This document shows positions 59,424-64,000 of a stretch of 64,000 bases of DNA, one piece after another. The position numbers and the translations under genes were made by a program. The notes beneath the pieces were generated by a model, which was given only the letters and a program-made list of their open reading frames with translations, was not told where the DNA came from and did not search any database. The DNA comes from a virus: the IMG/VR virus record IMGVR_UViG_3300044613_003178, one strand, 5' to 3'. Position 1 is the stretch's first letter; the number at the start of each line of letters is the position of its first letter.

Positions 59424-59954
59424 TTATGAAGTAGTCAACTTCTCAATATAATAACCAGTATACGCAAATGATGCCTGACATTTTAAAGGTGAAACATCAC
59501 TTACATCTGTTTCAAATTGTACTGATCCGATATTTGTAGGAAAACAATTTCTAAAATTAACAGTTAAAAATGGTTTTGAATTACTATTTAAAACCAATAA
59601 TGTTGCATCTGAAAAATTATCTTCATACTTTTGATAATTATTTGCAAAATTTATTGTTGGTGGAAGTTTAATTAACCAATCATGTATTTGCTTCCAGTTT
59701 TCCATATCTTCTGCAAGAATAAATGACATGTCAAAATTGTCATAAGTTAATCCACCCATAGGTCTACGAACAGGTGTAGCAAATGGTGTTGGTTGTGTAT
59801 ATTCATTTATTGATATTCCGGGAAGATTTACAGATTGACAAAAATAAACTACATGAGGTATTTTATGAAATACAACACGAAATTTATTTGCTGCTAATGA
59901 GTTAAGAGTTTGTGGTTCTCTTGCTGTTAATGTTTGTAATACTGGATTTTCCAT
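59424..59954 (-). CDS. 3: tail tube terminator/completion protein (gp3)
   Basis: FCQSVNLPG, EDMENW..IHDW, SDATL, FPT; synteny. Confidence 0.85.
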   Translation of the reverse strand: MENPVLQTLTAREPQTLNSLAANKFRVVFHKIPHVVYFCQSVNLPGISINEYTQPTPFATPVRRPMGGLTYDNFDMSFILAEDMENWKQIHDWLIKLPPTINFANNYQKYEDNFSDATLLVLNSNSKPFLTVNFRNCFPTNIGSVQFETDVSDVSPLKCQASFAYTGYYIEKLTTS

Positions 59955-59971
59955 ACAAGTATTTATAGAAA

Positions 59972-60000
59972 TGATAAGGGGAGGTCTTTCGACCTCCCCT
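59972..60000 (-). terminator. hairpin terminator after gp23
   Basis: AGGGGAGGTC-gaaa-GACCTCCCCT; U-tract weak. Confidence 0.7.
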
Positions 60001-60022
60001 CTCGTTCAGAAACTAGATTCTA

Positions 60023-61495
60023 TCATGTACCACCGTAACTTGCATCGTTACCGTGTAGGTTGTCTACGCGGAAAATGCGGTAGTATTGGTTTCTTCTGCG
60101 TTGTAGTCTCATTGCGTCTGGGCTGTTGTCTGAACCTAGAACGAATGGGTTGCTTACGATACCGTAACGAGTCTTGAAACCAATCTTTGGTTGGAAGGTA
60201 CTTGTATCAACTGCTCTTACCATTTGTAGAGGTACATATGGGCAGTAGAAGATACCTGCGTCGTATGGGCTTGTACCCTTATAACCTACGCAAACATAAT
60301 TGATTGGACTCCATGTGTCAACATGTGTTGGCATTGAGTATGGATCAATGTAAACCTTAATCTTACCACCTGAGATGGTTCCTGCGAGGGTGTTACCATT
60401 GACATCAGTATTCATTGCACTGTTGAATGCTGGGCTGAAGTCAAGGATACCACTCATTGCGAGGGCTGAAGCAACATCTGGGCTTACGATTGCCATGTTT
60501 GCACGACCTCTACGAGTCTCTGAACCAATAACATTTGCTTCACGCTCGATTTGGAATTGTAGACCACGGAACTTCTCAGCACTCCAACGACCGTCTGAGT
60601 CCTTCTCTAGATCGTAAACACCGCCGGTTGTTGAACCGAGAACTGCAACTGATTTTGCAGCAAGATCTGCTTGTTGAGCACCGAGCTTAGCAACATCATA
60701 AACTAGTCTTACTAGTTCACGGTTGATTTCAAACATGATCTCGGTTGAGAGGATGTTTGCGAGTTCGGTTTCAGCATCTAGACCGTGAACTGCCTTGAGG
60801 TCTTGTGCCATTTCGATGGTGTACTCTGCCTTTAGAGCGCGAGTCTTTGCTTCAACTGCTGTCTTCTCGATTGTGAATGACATTTCATTGAAACCGTATG
60901 TACCACCATTTACAGATGCTCCACCACCAAGGTTTTCACCAATACTGGTTGACATACCACGACCTGGCTCAAAAGAACCGTCTGTGTTGCCTATATCATC
61001 AGAAAAGAGGTTACCCATTGTACCTTGTTGAGTACCAGCACCTGATCCTGTTTTACCAGAAACGCTACTGCTGTTACCGAAACCTGTATCTGCTTCGCCG
61101 AAGAGTGCTTCTGCACCACTTCTTAGACCTGTGGAATCAGCTGCACCACCGTAACGACTCTTCATTGCGAAGATGAGTCCGGTTGGACCGGTCATTGGTT
61201 GAACACCAGCGATGTCGTATGCCATTAGATTTGGCATTGCACGGCGAACGAGGCTGATGAGGATTGGATCGAATGAATCAATACCAGTTGTTGTGCCTGC
61301 ACCTGCGTTTGCTGTACCTAGTTGTGTACCTAGAATGCCTTGTGCTTCTCTTAGGCATTGTTCTTGGTTCTCTAGGAGAACTGTGGTGACATGCTTTCTG
61401 TAATTGTCTTTGATTTCTGGAAGTGCCTTGTGCTCAAGGATTGGCTTCCATTTGTTCTTTGTTGATTCTGAAAGTAATTGACGAGTGGGGTCCAT
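60023..61495 (-). CDS. 23: major capsid protein (gp23)
   Basis: GVQPMTGPTGLIFAM, RALKAEYT, FYCPYVPL, FQPKIGFKTRYG. Confidence 0.97.
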   Translation of the reverse strand: MDPTRQLLSESTKNKWKPILEHKALPEIKDNYRKHVTTVLLENQEQCLREAQGILGTQLGTANAGAGTTTGIDSFDPILISLVRRAMPNLMAYDIAGVQPMTGPTGLIFAMKSRYGGAADSTGLRSGAEALFGEADTGFGNSSSVSGKTGSGAGTQQGTMGNLFSDDIGNTDGSFEPGRGMSTSIGENLGGGASVNGGTYGFNEMSFTIEKTAVEAKTRALKAEYTIEMAQDLKAVHGLDAETELANILSTEIMFEINRELVRLVYDVAKLGAQQADLAAKSVAVLGSTTGGVYDLEKDSDGRWSAEKFRGLQFQIEREANVIGSETRRGRANMAIVSPDVASALAMSGILDFSPAFNSAMNTDVNGNTLAGTISGGKIKVYIDPYSMPTHVDTWSPINYVCVGYKGTSPYDAGIFYCPYVPLQMVRAVDTSTFQPKIGFKTRYGIVSNPFVLGSDNSPDAMRLQRRRNQYYRIFRVDNLHGNDASYGGT

Positions 61496-61551
61496 TTTTT
61501 TCTAGCTCCTTTTTAGAATTCTATTTTATATATAATTTTAATTTTTTAGAC

Positions 61552-62688
61552 TTAACCTTCGAGTGTTCTTCCGAGGACATTAGCGTATAACTTAATGCTC
61601 TCGTTTACGAATTGTTGTTCTTCGTTTGAGTGAGTTTCTTCCATCAAATTGTCGATTACAGCACCGACTTGGGTGTTTTCTGCTGTTTTCTCGACCTTTG
61701 CTGGAGCAGCCTTAGCCTTTGAATAGTTCTCAACAAGAACCTTTACCTTTGAGCGGAAATCCTCTACACTTGAGAATTCTACATTCTCAGCGAGTTTTCT
61801 TAGGTTTTCTGCATCAATTGCCTTTAGGCTCTTTGTTTCCTCTTCAAATGCTGCTGTTGCTTCTAGTAATGCAACCTTCTCACGGAGAGATACATTATTT
61901 GCAATCTCTTCGTTTACACGGGTTTCTAGAGTTTCAATTGCAGTTGTCATTTCATCAAAAATATTTGTCTTATCTTGTGGAACTTCAATGTAGGATTCTA
62001 CAAAGAGATTCTTTAGACCTTCAATAAAGTTTTCTGCAATCTCTGTACGAAGACCATTATCGACGGCAAGTTGATTTTCTGTTACCCATTCTTCTACGAC
62101 ATATGATAGGTAATCGTTAATCTTGTTTTCTAATTCTTCAGCAACAATCATAGTTTGCTCTGCAAGTTTCTCTTCGAAGAGATTTGCCATTTGCTCTGTG
62201 ATTGTTTGTAGATTTGTGTTTAGTGAAGCCTCATAGAGTGATGATGCCTTCTCGACAAACTCTTCTGATACATCAGCACCAAAGAGTGTCTTAACATCCT
62301 CTTGAACCTTTGCCTTGTTTAGTGCTGGCATTTGAACACCAGCAAATGATGGCTTCATGTTTAATGTTGCTTGGTTTGCTTCTGCTGAAACATTGGTTGC
62401 TTCAAATTCTTGTGGTTGACCTACACCTGGGAATGGTTGAACACCCTTACCTGATGCGTCAAATGTACCTTTGCCAGAAGTTGATCCTGCTGGAGCAGAA
62501 GACTTCATATTAAGAGTATTTGCAAGTGGTGTCTTACCTTCTTGCTCACTTTCGTTGTTGTTTTCTTCTTCGCCTTCTTCTTCTTCGCCTTCCTCTTCCT
62601 CTTCTTCAGTTTCTTGCTCTTCTACGAGCTCTTCTTGTTGTGGAAAGAGTTGGTTTAGAATTTCTTCTGCTAGTTTCTTTGGATCCAT
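61552..62688 (-). CDS. 22: prohead core scaffold (gp22)
   Basis: YLSYVVEEW, GLKNLFVE; acidic; synteny. Confidence 0.9.
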   Translation of the reverse strand: MDPKKLAEEILNQLFPQQEELVEEQETEEEEEEGEEEEGEEENNNESEQEGKTPLANTLNMKSSAPAGSTSGKGTFDASGKGVQPFPGVGQPQEFEATNVSAEANQATLNMKPSFAGVQMPALNKAKVQEDVKTLFGADVSEEFVEKASSLYEASLNTNLQTITEQMANLFEEKLAEQTMIVAEELENKINDYLSYVVEEWVTENQLAVDNGLRTEIAENFIEGLKNLFVESYIEVPQDKTNIFDEMTTAIETLETRVNEEIANNVSLREKVALLEATAAFEEETKSLKAIDAENLRKLAENVEFSSVEDFRSKVKVLVENYSKAKAAPAKVEKTAENTQVGAVIDNLMEETHSNEEQQFVNESIKLYANVLGRTLEG

Positions 62689-62726
62689 TTTGATAATCTC
62701 CTTGATCGATCTTTGTCTGTTTTTAT

Positions 62727-63383
62727 TTATAATTCTTTAATCTTTGACAAGAAATGTTCGAATATCTTTAATTGTGTTTGTTCTAGATCTTTTCTAGAAG
62801 TATTCATCATCGCTTTTTTATAATTTGATATTTGAACTTCTTGCATAATTCCGTTATTCCAGACCCATTCCTTACCTTCCATGATACCATTAACGAAAGC
62901 ACCTGGGGCTGATGGATCTGCAACAATGTCTACTGCTGCAAGCATAAAGTCTTCTTGAACATGGTTTACACCTTGAAATTCTCTCAAAGAACCCATACCA
63001 CGGCTTGAAACACCTAATTTTGCACCTTCTTCAATAAGACTGCTTGCGATCTTACCCATTGGAGTATTTGTTAAAATTTTAGCCTTACCTTCGCAAACAT
63101 TACCACTGAATGTTAGATCTTTAATTAAATGTGAAACTTTATCAAGATTTACAGTTGGTCCTTCTGGATGTCCTAGTTCACCGAATGCTCTGCCTTCTTT
63201 TACATAATTTTGCATGTATTTTTTAACAGCACCTTCGAGTATTTTTTGTGAATAAACTCTACCATTACGGTTTTGTTCTTCAGCAACCATGTAAGGACCA
63301 ACGATAAAAAGTGACTTTTTACCGTCTTCTGCTGCTTCGGTTACATACTTAACATCTTGAACTGTTTCTGTGATTAGTTTCAT
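62727..63383 (-). CDS. 21: prohead protease (gp21)
   Basis: MKLITE, NRNGRVY, GELGHP, GVSSRGMGS, DIVADPSAP. Confidence 0.95.
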   Translation of the reverse strand: MKLITETVQDVKYVTEAAEDGKKSLFIVGPYMVAEEQNRNGRVYSQKILEGAVKKYMQNYVKEGRAFGELGHPEGPTVNLDKVSHLIKDLTFSGNVCEGKAKILTNTPMGKIASSLIEEGAKLGVSSRGMGSLREFQGVNHVQEDFMLAAVDIVADPSAPGAFVNGIMEGKEWVWNNGIMQEVQISNYKKAMMNTSRKDLEQTQLKIFEHFLSKIKEL

Positions 63384-63386
63384 TGA

Positions 63387-63575
63387 TTATTCCTCTGTTT
63401 CTTCTACTTCCTCTACTTCGTCAGCCTCTTGTTCGGGTGTTGAGTAGAGATTGTTTGCAATTTCTGTTTTTCTTTCTTCAAAACTCTCACCTGCTCTTTG
63501 ATAGAGAGTATTGAAAATTTCTTGTCTGAAACCATCCAAATCACCATTCAATAATTTATTAATAAAATCGCTCAT
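63387..63575 (-). CDS. small acidic prohead core protein (gp67-like position)
   Basis: Size, acidity and position upstream of gp21. Confidence 0.55.
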   Translation of the reverse strand: MSDFINKLLNGDLDGFRQEIFNTLYQRAGESFEERKTEIANNLYSTPEQEADEVEEVEETEE

Positions 63576-63621
63576 ATTTTAATCCTTTATCTTATATATT
63601 AAAAATAATTTTTAGTGTTTA

Positions 63622-64000
63622 TTAACCAAAAAGGTTAGATTGACATGGGACAAACTCACTTCCTGGTCCACCAGTACCATCTGAAGCAGGTGTTTTTGAA
63701 AGATATGAAGTAGTTTCCGAACAACAAACAGGAACATAATCACCTTTTTCTTGTCTATCTTCTGCATCACATATTAGTGTAGCAAGACCAAAACACCCAG
63801 GTTGTCCTGAACTCAAATTACACTCTGATTCAGATTTATTTCTTGATGCACCATGAGAATAATAATATGGATTTGGATTATTTTCTGCACATGGTAATTG
63901 GCATTGATATAGTTCATAGCATGTAGGAAGATTAGAACAATCACAATCTGTTATAAATTTTGGATATTGTGCTACCAATTCTCCTTCTCCAGAACAATTA
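63622..64000 (-). CDS. Cys-rich protein, 5' end outside window
   Basis: Open frame runs to the window edge; many Cys. Confidence 0.45.
   Translation of the reverse strand, partial: NCSGEGELVAQYPKFITDCDCSNLPTCYELYQCQLPCAENNPNPYYYSHGASRNKSESECNLSSGQPGCFGLATLICDAEDRQEKGDYVPVCCSETTSYLSKTPASDGTGGPGSEFVPCQSNLFG

Overview
A 64 kb segment of a large T4-like (myovirus) phage genome in two compositional blocks. About 1-11.5 kb is a GC-rich early/accessory region (spot count 38/60 GC at 9001-9060). It holds an array of about 12 small, apparently paralogous ORFs, a TraR/DksA-type Zn finger, and a divergent MoxR/CobS-like AAA+ ATPase plus metallopeptidase-VWA pair, separated by repeat-rich non-coding spacers. 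About 12.1-64 kb is AT-rich (spot count 15/60 GC at 13141-13200). It contains a + strand late cluster (12.3-24 kb), several of whose proteins start with T4 capsid-targeting-like peptides, including a KxDG ligase-fold protein and a HIGH-family nucleotidyltransferase-HNH fusion. The - strand T4 core follows: RuvC-like resolvase, class II RNR, thyX, gp61, gp41, uvsX, gp43, DNA MTase, dUTPase, a tail fibre with three Gly-rich adhesin paralogs, regA, gp62/44/45, rnh, gp46/47, denV-like, gp55, uvsW, uvsY, gp3, gp23, gp22, gp21. Sigma70-type promoters mostly have 16-bp spacers and many transcripts look leaderless. No tRNA, CRISPR array, integrase or reverse transcriptase was seen. All family assignments are from recalled motifs, not database searches.
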